In this document: one piece after another, positions 18,310 to 29,300 of the stretch | How positions within the stretch are numbered: the stretch's first letter is position 1 | How the letters are laid out: every line of letters starts with the position of its first letter | Source: an uncultured Gammaproteobacteria bacterium | Lineage (GTDB): Bacteria > Pseudomonadota > Gammaproteobacteria > JACCXJ01 | NCBI GenBank assembly: GCA_963764725.1 | Contig: CAVXTM010000007.1 | Location: forward strand, 54,819-118,818 | DNA length: 64,000 bases | Reading direction: 5' to 3' | The notes under the pieces: model-generated | What the model was told of the DNA's origin: nothing | What the model saw: only the letters and a program-made list of their open reading frames with translations | Database searches by the model: none | Position numbers and translations under genes: made by a program

Positions 18310-20997
18310 TCAATGCGCTTCGTCCCAGTTAGCGCCCACGCCGATATCCACCACCAAGGGCGTCGTGAGCTCCGCGGCCCCTGCCATGATGCGTTCGAGC
18401 CTCGCGCGCGCCTGCTCGACCGCATCTTCCGCGGTTTCGAGCACCAGCTCGTCGTGGACCTGCATAATCAGCTTAGCGTTGATTCTCTCCTCATGGAGCC
18501 AGCGATCGACTTCGATCATCGCCCGCTTGATGATATCGGCGGCAGTCCCTTGCATCGGAGCGTTGATGGCCGTGCGTTCCGCGTACTGGCGGCGCTGGGT
18601 ATTTCTGGAATTGATCTCGGGTAGATACAGGCGGCGGTGATAGACCGTCTCGACGTAGCCTTGCCGTCGGGCGCGTACCCGGGTCTCGTCCATGAAAGCT
18701 TTTACCCCCGGATAGCGGGAAAAATAGCGGTCGATATAGTTCTGGGCCGCGCCGCGATCGATCCCGAGCTGGCGGGCCAGCCCGAAGGCGGACATGCCAT
18801 AGATGAGGCCGAAATTGATGGCCTTGGCCGCGCGCCGTTGCTCGGCGCCGACCGTTTCGGCTTTGAGCCCGAAGATCTCCGCGGCGGTGGCGCGATGAAT
18901 ATCCTGTCCGGTCGCAAAGGCTTGCCGCAGCAGAGGATCACCCGAAAGATGCGCCATGATCCGCAGCTCGATTTGTGAGTAGTCGGCCGCCACCAAGCGG
19001 CTTCCGGGCGGCGCCACGAAAGCCCGCCGGATGCGCCGCCCCTCCTCGGTGCGCACCGGTATGTTTTGGAGATTCGGGTCCGCGGATGACAGGCGTCCGG
19101 TCGCGGCCACGGCCTGATGGTAGCTCGTATGCACCCGTCCGGTGTGCGCATTGATCTGCCGCGGAAGCTTGTCTGTGTAAGTTGATTTCAGTTTCGCGAG
19201 GCCACGATATTCGAGTATCAATCGCGGTAAGGGATACTCGATGGCCAGGTCCTGGAGCACTGACTCGCCCGTGGAGGGCTGCCCCGTGGGTGTCTTGGCA
19301 CTAACGGGTAAGCCGAGCTTGTGGTACAAAATTTCCTGGATCTGTTTCGGCGAATCGAGATTGAAGGACTCGCCCGCGAGCGCATGCGCTTCGGCCTCGA
19401 CGTCGGACAGCCGCCCGCCCAAGGCCCGGCTCTGCTCGCGCAACATTTCCGCATCGATTTGAACACCGTTGCGTTCCATGCGCGACAAGACCGGCACCAG
19501 CGGTACTTCCATCTCTTCGTAGAGCCGGCGCAGCCCGGCCTCTTCGGCGAGCCGCGGCCAGAACGTTTGATGCAATCGCAAACACACCTCCGCATCTTCC
19601 GCGGCATAGGTCGCGGCTCGATCGACAGGCACCTGGTTGAAGCTGATCTGGTGAGATCCCTTACCCGCCACGTCCTCAAACAGAATCGTGCGCACCCCCA
19701 GATACTTGAGTGCCAGGGAATCCAGATCGTGGCGGGTGGCGGTACTATCGAGCACATAGGACTCCAGCATCGAGTCGCAGCGGATCCCACGCAACTCCAC
19801 GCCGTGGTTCGCCAATACGCTCATATCGTACTTGAGGTTGTGGCCGAGCTTCGGCCGTAACGGGTCCTCAAGGATCGGCCGGAGCGCGTTGAGCACTTCC
19901 TCGCGCGATAATTGCCGAGGGGCGCCCGGATAATCATGAGCGACCGGTACATATGCCGCTTCCCCGGCTCGGAGAGAAAACGAGACGCCCACGAGTTCCG
20001 CCTGCATGTAGTCCAAACTGGTGGTCTCGGTATCAAAGGCGATAAGCTCCGCATGCCTGAGCCGCTCTATCCATCGATCGAGCTGTCCACGGTCCAGGAT
20101 CGTTTCATAGCCGGCGGCTTCGACCGGCGGCTCGGGCCGGGGCGCCTCTTCGAGCAGATCGTTCAACCAGGTCTTGAACTCAAGCTGGGTGAAGAGCGCT
20201 TTCAGCGCCTCGTTGTCTGGGGGCCGCGGCTTGAGATCCTTCGGTGCGGCATCGAGGGGGACCGCGCAGGCGATCGTGACCAGCTTTTTGGAAAGGGCAA
20301 GCTGCTGCATGCTCGCGCGCAAGTTATCCCCCAATGTCCCTTTGATGTCCCCGGCATGGGCGAGCAGATTATCGAGACAACGGTATTGCTTGAGCCAGGC
20401 CACGGCGGTTTTGGGTCCGACCTTCGGCACCCCGGGGACATTGTCGATCTTATCTCCGATCAAGCTCAAATAATCGACGATAAGCGCGGGCGGGACCCCG
20501 AATTTGCGCTCGACGCCTTGCGCATCCATGACACTATTGTCCATCGTGTTCACCAGGCTCACCGCCTCGCTGACCACTTGCGCGAAGTCCTTATCACCGG
20601 TTGCGATGAGGGTGCGAAGACCGGCTTCGACCGCTTGGACCGCCAGGGTTCCGATGACATCGTCGGCTTCTACGCCGTCGATCACAAGCATCGGGACACC
20701 CATGGCGCGTACGACCGCGTGCAGGGGCTCGACCTGAAGCCGTAACTCCTCCGGCATGGAGGGGCGGTGTGCCTTGTAGGCGGGATACATTTCATCGCGA
20801 AAGGTCTTGCCCTTGGCATCGAATACCACCGCCAGGTAGTTCGGTGTATAGTCCTTCAACAGCCGGCGCAGCATGAAGATAAACCCGTGAATGGCTCCCG
20901 TTGGTTCTCCGCGCGAGGTGCTCAGCCGAGGCAGGGCGTGAAACGCGCGGTAAAGATAAGAGGAACCGTCAACCAGAACTAAGAGCTCTTCCGTCAT
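18310..20997 (-). CDS. polA: DNA polymerase I
   Basis: LVDGSSYLYRAFHA, FDTETT, TGRLSSADPNLQNIP, ADYSQIELR, KAINFGLIYG, QVHDELV. Confidence 0.98.
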   Translation of the reverse strand: MTEELLVLVDGSSYLYRAFHALPRLSTSRGEPTGAIHGFIFMLRRLLKDYTPNYLAVVFDAKGKTFRDEMYPAYKAHRPSMPEELRLQVEPLHAVVRAMGVPMLVIDGVEADDVIGTLAVQAVEAGLRTLIATGDKDFAQVVSEAVSLVNTMDNSVMDAQGVERKFGVPPALIVDYLSLIGDKIDNVPGVPKVGPKTAVAWLKQYRCLDNLLAHAGDIKGTLGDNLRASMQQLALSKKLVTIACAVPLDAAPKDLKPRPPDNEALKALFTQLEFKTWLNDLLEEAPRPEPPVEAAGYETILDRGQLDRWIERLRHAELIAFDTETTSLDYMQAELVGVSFSLRAGEAAYVPVAHDYPGAPRQLSREEVLNALRPILEDPLRPKLGHNLKYDMSVLANHGVELRGIRCDSMLESYVLDSTATRHDLDSLALKYLGVRTILFEDVAGKGSHQISFNQVPVDRAATYAAEDAEVCLRLHQTFWPRLAEEAGLRRLYEEMEVPLVPVLSRMERNGVQIDAEMLREQSRALGGRLSDVEAEAHALAGESFNLDSPKQIQEILYHKLGLPVSAKTPTGQPSTGESVLQDLAIEYPLPRLILEYRGLAKLKSTYTDKLPRQINAHTGRVHTSYHQAVAATGRLSSADPNLQNIPVRTEEGRRIRRAFVAPPGSRLVAADYSQIELRIMAHLSGDPLLRQAFATGQDIHRATAAEIFGLKAETVGAEQRRAAKAINFGLIYGMSAFGLARQLGIDRGAAQNYIDRYFSRYPGVKAFMDETRVRARRQGYVETVYHRRLYLPEINSRNTQRRQYAERTAINAPMQGTAADIIKRAMIEVDRWLHEERINAKLIMQVHDELVLETAEDAVEQARARLERIMAGAAELTTPLVVDIGVGANWDEAH

Positions 20998-21031
20998 GGT
21001 GTCTGTTTGAAAAGTCTGCTGATGGTCCATT

Positions 21032-21754
21032 ATGAATAAGAACACTAAAGCCGGCCACCCGGCGCTCGCGCCCATCAACGATACGGCGCTCGTGCGCGAA
21101 TCATGGAAGGTGTTCCAGATCATGGCGGAGTTCGTCGAGGGGTTCGAGCGTTTGGCCGCGATCCGGCCCTCGGTTAGCATCTTCGGGTCCGCCCGTTTCG
21201 GCGCCGAGCATCCTTATTCCAAGCTGGCCGAAGAGATCGGGCATAGTGTATCGGATGCGGGTTTCTCGGTGGTCACCGGAGGGGGACCGGGGATCATGGA
21301 GGCCGCGAACAAGGGCGCCTACGCGGGTCGCTCACCGAGCATCGGGCTCAACATGCAACTAGGGGAAGAGCGCGGTAATGCCTTCCAAAATATCAGGCTG
21401 AATTTTCGCCATTTCTTCCCCCGCAAGGTGATGTTCGTCAAATACGCTTCAGCCTACGTCGTGCTACCGGGTGGGTTCGGCACCCTGGATGAGCTGGCCG
21501 AGATCTTGACACTGGTCCAAACCGGCAAGACGCGGAAGATCCCGATCATCCTGGTCGGAAGCGACTTTTGGCGTGGTTTGATCGAGTGGTTCAGGAGTAC
21601 CTTGGTCGGCGAAGCCACTATTGACGCTACGGATATTGACCTGTTTGAGGTAGTAGATCATCCGCGCGAGGTGGTCGATGCGATCTTCCGGCATTATGAA
21701 CATCGTGGGTTTGCGCTCTCGGCGGAAGAGCAAGAAACGCTCATGCACTTATGA
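21032..21754 (+). CDS. LOG family (TIGR00730-type) Rossmann-fold protein
   Basis: SIFGSAR, TGGGPGIMEAAN, RKVMFVK, PGGFGTLDE. Confidence 0.9.
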   Translation: MNKNTKAGHPALAPINDTALVRESWKVFQIMAEFVEGFERLAAIRPSVSIFGSARFGAEHPYSKLAEEIGHSVSDAGFSVVTGGGPGIMEAANKGAYAGRSPSIGLNMQLGEERGNAFQNIRLNFRHFFPRKVMFVKYASAYVVLPGGFGTLDELAEILTLVQTGKTRKIPIILVGSDFWRGLIEWFRSTLVGEATIDATDIDLFEVVDHPREVVDAIFRHYEHRGFALSAEEQETLMHL

Positions 21755-21857
21755 ACCGCAGGCAATGCGCCCGTCACGGGCGTCCTTAAGCGTATTAGCG
21801 GGTACCTGCGCCGCGTGTGCTACAATCCGCAGAGACGGCAATCACAGCGCTAGGAAT

Positions 21858-22208
21858 ATGCATCGAATGAGGCTATTGGCCTTGGGAATTTTTTACGCGG
21901 CGCAAGTCAGCGCCACGGAACCCGGTGTGCCCGCGAATTTGGAACCGCTGCCGGAAGCCGCCCCGCCCCCTACCGAGCCGGTTCAAAGCGGCGAATCCCT
22001 CGAGCCGGACATTCGAATTATCCAAAAGAAAGACGCGATCATCGAAGAATATCGCGTGAACGGAAATCTTTATATGGTCAAGGTTATCCCCACCGTGGGT
22101 AAACCCTACTACTTGCTCGACCAAGACGGGGACGGGCGCATGGAAACCAATATGAGCTCAATCTACTCCGATTTCGTGGTACCTCAATGGGTGCTCTTCA
22201 GTTGGTGA
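21858..22208 (+). CDS. DUF2782-like periplasmic protein
   Basis: Signal peptide; EEYRVNGNLYMVKVIP, GKPYYLLD, PQWVLFSW; usual position after polA/LOG. Confidence 0.75.
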   Translation: MHRMRLLALGIFYAAQVSATEPGVPANLEPLPEAAPPPTEPVQSGESLEPDIRIIQKKDAIIEEYRVNGNLYMVKVIPTVGKPYYLLDQDGDGRMETNMSSIYSDFVVPQWVLFSW

Positions 22209-22277
22209 GGATAGACTGCCCCGAGCCTGGAGATCGCGCCTGCGTAGTCGTTTAGGCCAGAGTAGCTCAGCAAGCGC

Positions 22278-23546
22278 ATGGCGGTTCCTCAGCCCTTAAA
22301 CATTCAAGCCTACATGCAGGACATCGGGCGCCGCGCGCGCGCTGCGTCCTGGGCGATGGCCCGTGCCGCGACCGCGCTTAAAAACACGGCCCTGACCCGC
22401 ATCGCCGAAACCATTGAACGCAACCAGCAAGCGCTGCTCGAGGCCAATGGGCGGGATCTGGCGGCCGGTGCCGGGTTGGACGCCGCATTGCTCGATCGAT
22501 TAGAGCTCAACCCGACGCGAGTGCGCGCGATGGCGTCCGGGTTGCGCGAAATCGCCGCGCTGCCCGATCCCGTGGGCGAGATCACCGGCTTGCAATACCG
22601 CCCCTCGGGAATTCAGGTCGGGCGCATGCGCGTGCCGCTGGGGGTCATCGGCATCATCTATGAGTCGCGTCCGAACGTGACCGCCGACGTCGCGGGTTTG
22701 ACTCTGAAATCCGGGAACGCCGTGATCCTGCGCGGGGGCTCCGAGGCGTTGCACTCAAACCAGGCCATCGCATCCTGCGTCCATGAGGGATTGGCCGTCA
22801 CGGGACTGCCGCTTGATGCCGCGCAGCTCGTCGAGACCACGGACCGCGCCGCGGTCGGCGAGCTCCTGCGCATGACGGACTTCGTCGATGTGATCGTGCC
22901 GCGCGGGGGTAAGGGACTCGTCGCGCGCATCAGCGAAGAGGCAAGGGTTCCCGTGATCAAACACCTAGACGGGGTGTGTCACGTCTACATCGACGAGCGC
23001 GCCGATCTCGACAAGGCAGTCACCGTAGCTATCAACGCCAAGACCCAGCGCTACGGCACCTGCAACGCCATGGAGACCTTGCTGGTGGCCGAATCGGTGG
23101 CGCCGGCCGCCCTCGGGCGTTTAGGCCCGATGTATCGGGAGAAAGGCGTGGAGCTGAGAGGTTGCCGAATCACCTGTCGCTTGTTGCCTTATGCGGTCCC
23201 GGCCGCCGAGGATGATTGGTATGCGGAGTACCTGGCCCCGATCCTCGCCGTGCGCGTGGTGCGCGATCTCGACCAGGCGATCGACCACATTCGCCGCTAC
23301 GGCTCCCAGCATACCGACGCCATCGTGACCGAAGATCTCACCCGCGCCCGCCGGTTTCTTACCGAGGTCGATTCCAGCTCCGTGATGGTGAACGCCTCGA
23401 CCCGTTTCGCCGATGGCTACGAATACGGGCTCGGCGCCGAAGTCGGGATCAGCACTGATAAACTCCACGCCCGCGGGCCGGTGGGCCTCGAAGGACTCAC
23501 CTCGCAGAAGTTTATCGTGTTCGGAGACGGCCACGTTCGCAAGTAA
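22278..23546 (+). CDS. proA: Gamma-glutamyl phosphate reductase
   Basis: [44 protein letters not shown]. Confidence 0.97.
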   Translation: MAVPQPLNIQAYMQDIGRRARAASWAMARAATALKNTALTRIAETIERNQQALLEANGRDLAAGAGLDAALLDRLELNPTRVRAMASGLREIAALPDPVGEITGLQYRPSGIQVGRMRVPLGVIGIIYESRPNVTADVAGLTLKSGNAVILRGGSEALHSNQAIASCVHEGLAVTGLPLDAAQLVETTDRAAVGELLRMTDFVDVIVPRGGKGLVARISEEARVPVIKHLDGVCHVYIDERADLDKAVTVAINAKTQRYGTCNAMETLLVAESVAPAALGRLGPMYREKGVELRGCRITCRLLPYAVPAAEDDWYAEYLAPILAVRVVRDLDQAIDHIRRYGSQHTDAIVTEDLTRARRFLTEVDSSSVMVNASTRFADGYEYGLGAEVGISTDKLHARGPVGLEGLTSQKFIVFGDGHVRK

Positions 23547-23552
23547 CTGCGG

Positions 23553-24200
23553 ATGACGGCCGTAGGCATCCTCGGAGGCACCTTCGATCCCATCCATCAT
23601 GGCCATCTGCGCTTGGCGCTGGAGATGGCAGCCGCGCTCGAACTCGCGGCCGTACGCTTGCTACCCTTGCATACGCCGCCGCACCGAGAGCCGCCGATGG
23701 CCCTCCCCGAGCTACGCTTGCTGATGATCCTGGCCGCGATCGAGGGTCAAGGAACCCTGCTCGCCGATGACCGGGAGATCAACCGCCAGGGGATCTCGTA
23801 TACCGTGGATACACTGGCCGAGTTCCGCCGCGAGCACGCCGATGTTCCGCTGTGCCTGATCCTCGGGATGGATGCATTCCTGAGTCTGCCCACCTGGCGC
23901 CACTGGGAGAGAATCATCGAACTCGCCCATATTGCCGTTGCGCATCGCCACGACGCCGCTCCCTCGACCCCTGGCGTACTACGCGAATTGTTGGACCGGA
24001 ACCGAACCGATGATCCCAAGGATCTGGATCGGGCTCCCGCCGGGCGCGTCTACTTCGCCGCGATCCCGGCGCTCGAGATCTCCGCCTCCGGCATTCGTAA
24101 ACGCATCGCCGCCGGAGATAACGTGCATTTTTTGCTGCCGGAACCGGTGCTGCAATTGATCCACCGCTACGGTCTATACAGAGTCGCTAATTCTCTATGA
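23553..24200 (+). CDS. nadD: Nicotinate-nucleotide adenylyltransferase
   Basis: GGTFDPIHHGH, SYTVDTL, LGMDAF, ISASGIR. Confidence 0.95.
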   Translation: MTAVGILGGTFDPIHHGHLRLALEMAAALELAAVRLLPLHTPPHREPPMALPELRLLMILAAIEGQGTLLADDREINRQGISYTVDTLAEFRREHADVPLCLILGMDAFLSLPTWRHWERIIELAHIAVAHRHDAAPSTPGVLRELLDRNRTDDPKDLDRAPAGRVYFAAIPALEISASGIRKRIAAGDNVHFLLPEPVLQLIHRYGLYRVANSL

Positions 24201-24565
24201 ATCCCCAACAACTCGCCGATCTCGTAACCACAGCCTTAGCAGACATCAAAGCCTTTGATATCCAGGTGCTCGACGTACACGAGATGACCAGCATCACCGA
24301 TATCATGGTGATCGCCAGCGGCCGCTCGAATCGCCAGATCAAAGCCATGGCCGGCAAGGTCGTAGAGGCGGCGCGCGCCGCGGGAATCAAACCCATTGGA
24401 ATCGAGGGCGAGGGCCAAGCCGAATGGGTCTTGGTCGATCTCGGCGATGTGGTCGTACACGCGATGCAACCCGCGACCCGGGACTTCTACCAGTTGGAAA
24501 AACTCTGGGGCCAGGTCGAAGAGAGCTGCAAGCATCTCCTGGACACTCACCACGCGGTTCCCTGA
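24197..24565 (+). CDS. rsfS: Ribosome silencing factor
   Basis: DIKAFDI, WVLVDLGDVVVH, RDFYQLEKLW. Confidence 0.95.
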   Translation: MNPQQLADLVTTALADIKAFDIQVLDVHEMTSITDIMVIASGRSNRQIKAMAGKVVEAARAAGIKPIGIEGEGQAEWVLVDLGDVVVHAMQPATRDFYQLEKLWGQVEESCKHLLDTHHAVP

Positions 24566-24597
24566 TCATCCACGCCGTGGGCCGCTGCGGCTTCTCC

Positions 24598-25089
24598 ATG
24601 CGCATCCACCTCCTCTGCGTCACGCATCGCGTACCGGCGTGGGTGAAAGCCGCGTTCGAGGAATACGCGATGCGACTCCCGCCGAGTTGCCGGCTCGGGC
24701 TGGTCGAGATCAGAGCGGCGCGCCGGCCGGCTCACGCCGATCCGGCTCGCGCGCGCGAGGAGGAGGCTTCGCGCTTGCTGAAGGCAGTCCCAGGTAGCGC
24801 CGGAATCGTTGCTCTCGCGGAACACGGCGAAGCCTGGACCACGGCCGAACTCGCGCGGCACCTCGGTTCCTGGACCCAAGCCTCGAACGACGTCGCCCTC
24901 TTGATCGGCGGCGCCGACGGCCTGGCGCGACGTTGCTTGCAACAGGCCAACCACGTGTGGTCGCTGTCGGCGTTAACCTTGCCGCACGCCCTGGTGCGCG
25001 TCATCGTCGCCGAGCAAATCTACCGGGCGTGGAGCCTATTGCAACATCATCCCTACCATCGGGCAGCGTGCGCGCCGCGCTCTATCTGA
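24598..25089 (+). CDS. rlmH: 23S rRNA pseudouridine-1915 N3-methyltransferase
   Basis: [42 protein letters not shown]. Confidence 0.93.
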   Translation: MRIHLLCVTHRVPAWVKAAFEEYAMRLPPSCRLGLVEIRAARRPAHADPARAREEEASRLLKAVPGSAGIVALAEHGEAWTTAELARHLGSWTQASNDVALLIGGADGLARRCLQQANHVWSLSALTLPHALVRVIVAEQIYRAWSLLQHHPYHRAACAPRSI

Positions 25090-25307
25090 ACTCCGAATCG
25101 CCCCGCCGCCAGGCGCTGCTCGGGCAGCTTGGCGTTGCATTCGTCACGATTTCGGCGGCCATCGATGAGACCTGGAATGGCGTCGAGACACCTGCGTGCC
25201 ACGTCGAGCGCCTGGCGCTCGAAAAAGCCCATGAAACCGCGGAGCTTCTGCGCGCGGCGGGCATCGAGATCTTGGCTCCTGCGCCGCGTGCTCTCGACCG
25301 CGACTGA
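25068..25307 (+). pseudogene. maf: Internally deleted Maf-family nucleotide pyrophosphatase
   Basis: N-terminal [10 protein letters not shown]...IDET...VERLALEKA joined directly to C-terminal [12 protein letters not shown]; canonical position after rlmH. Confidence 0.75.
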
Positions 25308-25463
25308 TATCACGTCCTGGGGGGGGCACAGCGGGTTTGAACAGATCCTCAGCGAGTAGAGCTCGTTTCTTGCTCCCCCAGCCTTGCACTTTTGCGCGGC
25401 ACAGGTCCGCTCGCCGCCCCTAAAATCCAAGTGCCTAAGGCACCTCTACCTTACCACGAAGTT

Positions 25464-26195
25464 TTAGGCGGTTTGCGCGCGTCGGAGATCAATGGCTTTC
25501 CGCCATCGTTCAACGCGTGTTCGTATGGGCGCTGAGCTGGGAGTTAAATAGCCGAGCCGTAACAATTCGCGTATGTCCGCGCGCGTCGGCTTGGCCCTGG
25601 TGCGAAACAGAAAATCGGCAAAGGGAAAGACGACATTGTGGTTTCGACGGGTGTCTTGATGATGGAGGAAATGATTTATCGCTAAGAACCTGAAAAATGC
25701 CCAATCCTTGTAAAACACGCTCCGCGGAATGTGCATCTGACGGTGAAACATGCTCCACAAACGATTGTGTGCCAGTGCTGTGACTAGAAAAATGCCGCCG
25801 CCGTAAATCGACAGCCAGAATATCGGGGCCCAGAGAGGAAAAGCCGCGACGAGCATCAACACTGTTTCCCTGAGGGGTATAGGCAGGTTTTCCTCGCGTC
25901 CGATCTCGTCGGGCTCATAGTCGAACTCTCTGTACCATCTCGCATGATGACGTATCGCATGGGCTTCGAACGCATCGAGAACATAAGGGAAGGCCCTGTA
26001 GACTCGCGCGGGCAACGGTTTGCCGTGCATTAGGCGCTTGTGAATTTGATGCTCTCCGATGGAAATGTACGTGTAGCTGAAAGCGATCCACCCCAGGCCG
26101 GCCAACATGTCGGGTATCATGATTTCTTGGTGTGATACACGTTGTAAGAATTTATCCGAAGCGCTCATGATAGGAAACGCAATTGATTTCCGCAA
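25464..26195 (-). CDS. Membrane His-box protein (fatty acid hydroxylase/sterol desaturase superfamily-like)
   Basis: EHQIHKRLMH, HAIRHH, HRQMH, HFLHH plus TM segments and NVVFPFAD; start uncertain. Confidence 0.65.
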   Translation of the reverse strand: MRKSIAFPIMSASDKFLQRVSHQEIMIPDMLAGLGWIAFSYTYISIGEHQIHKRLMHGKPLPARVYRAFPYVLDAFEAHAIRHHARWYREFDYEPDEIGREENLPIPLRETVLMLVAAFPLWAPIFWLSIYGGGIFLVTALAHNRLWSMFHRQMHIPRSVFYKDWAFFRFLAINHFLHHQDTRRNHNVVFPFADFLFRTRAKPTRADIRELLRLGYLTPSSAPIRTRVERWRKAIDLRRAQTA

Positions 26196-26319
26196 CGAGT
26201 AGCGGCCGGATTAAACAGACGTCAGCTGGATTTTCTGATGTTGGCAGACGGCATGGATGCATTGGCTTCCCAGCGCCAAGGAACGCTAAACAACCACCGG
26301 CTTGGTGTGATGATAATTG

Positions 26320-29300
26320 TCACGATAGTTGGGTATGCTTAGGGAGCTTCATATAGTATTTATTCAGGCTCGTATAATAGGCAGCTGCATCCGGGAACCT
26401 TGAAGCCGCGTGGATTTTTGAATCGACCATCGACAACACAACTCCACTCATGCGGCCTCCTGCGCTTGCGATCATCTTTATTCCATACTTAACGATTTCT
26501 CGGCGTGTCGAGGCCCATTTTGCTATGTACACGGTGGTATCGACTTTTGTTGCAAGAACGCGTGAATCCGTGACCGCCATCACCGGCGGCGAATCTAGGA
26601 TTACTAAGTCGAATTTGCTTGCCAACTGGTCGAGTAAAACGTCTAACCGCTCGGAATTGATATAGTAATTCGGGTTTGTGACAGGGCGTCCGGCACATAT
26701 CACGCAGGCGCCAGATGCTTCGTCTGTCCGGATTGCGTCGTCAAAAGATACTTCGTCGTCCAAGATCTCGATAAGACCCGGTTCGCGTTTGATGCCTAGG
26801 GTACTGTGAATTTTCGGAGTTCTAAGATCGGCGTCGACAATAAGTACCTGTTGCCCAGTGAGTGCCCACAGTCTCGCTAAGCACAAAGCGATTGTTGTCT
26901 TACCTTCCAGTGGCAATGACGAAGCGATAAGAACGGTTCTTGGCGGCACGCCTAGCGGACTGAAACGAATACTCGTGTAAAGCGCGTGAAACGACTCGGT
27001 GATCGCCGATCGGGGCTGTTTTAGAATATATGATTCTAGTTTTCTTCCAATATTGCCAAATCCACCGAACTTGGGGATCGAACCAAGAGCTGGCAATCCG
27101 ACGGCACGTTCAATCTGTTCGCTACTCCGAAAGCCTGGGTCCAGCTCCTCGATGACGTATACAACAGTGAACGCAATAAACAGGGAAACGACGAAGGCCA
27201 GGGCAAGGATTAATTTTTTTCTCGGATGAGTCGGTTTGATGGGCACATCTGCATAAGAGATGACATGCGCATCAGCCTGCCGTGCCCCAAGATATTCTTG
27301 CGAGTTCGATTCCTTTGTACGCGTCAAGAAGGTCTCTAAAAGCACCTTATTCGCATCGGCTTCCGCTTGCAATGATCGTAATTGAACATCGCTTTCGTTG
27401 GACTTGGCCACCTGCTTCTCAAGCTCTCTTAGTCGTGACTGAAACGCATATTCGCGGGCGCTGGCAATATCAGCCTCGTGCTGCAATCCTCGAGAAATCT
27501 TACCGATTTCCGCCTCTATCTTGGTTTGCAAATCGCGCCTTTCAGCTTGTAGCTGCAGCATGGTAGGATGTCTTTCCCCGAGATCCTCGGAAAGCTCGGC
27601 AGACTTGCGCGCTAGCTCTGTTTCTTGTCCTCTGAGCGCCTGGATCAAACCAGATCCGAGTACTTCTGCAATAGAATCGGCGCTACCGTCCGCTGAAGTT
27701 AACCCTCGTCTTTGCTCTCTGAGGCGCGCCTGCGCGGCCGCTCTCTCCGCTCGTGCCTGGACTAACTGTGTGTTTAATTCAGAGATTTCCTGCGCCACCA
27801 AAGTCCCGTCGCGGCCTTGGATTAAACCGGCCTCCCGGCGGTATTTTTCTACTGCCTTCTCGGAGTCCTCAACTTGCTTACGTACCGCGGCAATACGCTC
27901 GTCCAGCCATTCGGTCGTTTGTCGGGCCGCCCCGAGCTTGTTTTCGATCCGCGCCCCAATATATAGGTCGGCAACAGCGTTTGCTATATTGGAAGCCTTT
28001 TCGGCGCCCTCTGACGCAAATGCCACAGTGATTACCCGCGATTGCCCCTTCGGAGCGACGCTGAGTTGTCCTAGAAAGGTATCAATGACCGCTGCTCGCT
28101 CACGCGCTTGACGTTGCGCATCGGACTCCGGCTCTTCTTCCGGAGAGCTAAACACCTGTGCCACTGTTTTCTTCAGTTGCTCGATAAACTCGGCAAATTC
28201 TGTTTTCGATTGCAATGCGGCGTTAAATTCTGGGTCTTGCACTAGTTTCAGCTGATCTACGGCTTTGCCCGCCATGCTACGTCCGAGAAGGACCTCGATC
28301 TCGCTGGCAATGGTCTGGGAATCCATAGGCAGATTCGGCATCACTTCCGGGATGCCGATGTTTACGCGTTCCTGGCCGTCAACCATGATCGCCGCTTCAG
28401 CCTCGTATCGTGGAGTCAACATGAATAAAACCACGGTCGTTAACGCCAGCAATGCGCCTACGACACCCATCAGTATCCATCTTCGCCGCCGTAGTGTAGA
28501 AAAAACGTCTGCTAACGAGATTGACGAGCTCGCGCTAACAAGTGCCTCACCAGAGGCCGCTTCATTGGACATCATCAAAGGCCGCCCGGGGTTATTGATT
28601 AACGACGATCCGGGATTGTTTATGGTAGTAATACCGCTCATGTCCTTATCTTCGCGCCGGCGCTTTACATGTAGCTCGCCGCTTTTGACCCGTCGGCGAC
28701 GCCAGGCCGAAATTTGTGCAGTGGAAATGCCTTCCCGATCGAAGATCTCCAGGACTTGAGTAACATTATTGCAACGCCCTACCTGCTTAAGAATCCGGCG
28801 TTCACGATCGGCATCGAAATAGCGACGCTCGTATTCCCCCTCCGGCGCGTTATCGTCTTGCGGGAAGTCTTCTATTGAGTCTCCAAGGGCTTGGAGCAGG
28901 GAATGCAGCTCGTTAGCCTCTGGTCTAACAGCTTGGCGCTGGATACGTCTTATTGTGTCGGCAAGAGATCGGAGGAGGGAACGAGATGCCGTAGCCACGG
29001 GCGCATTATCCGGTCGCGGAGTATGCTCTATCGATTCGGTCACAAAGGCATCCGTGATCTCATGCATAAACGCGTCTATGATCGAACTCTTTGAACCAAC
29101 CTCTTTAGGTCTGCCATGCCGGCGCCGCCAATGCCCGACTTGGGCAGTTAAAACACCTTGTTTATCAAGTAGTTCCACGATCTGACCCGCATTCGTGCAG
29201 CGCTCAATCTCCGCCAGAAGGCGGTGTTCGTTCTTCAGGTTGGAATAGGGCAGCTCGTGTTCGGCGGGGTCTTCATTCTCGGGCGTGCCATCCTCTTGCG

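Noticed and set aside
20998-21180. N-terminal extension of PolA in the ORF track, and similar extensions of rlmH, coaD, serA and the SpsF-like gene
   Set aside because: They overlap neighbouring genes; the conserved N-termini begin at downstream ATGs.
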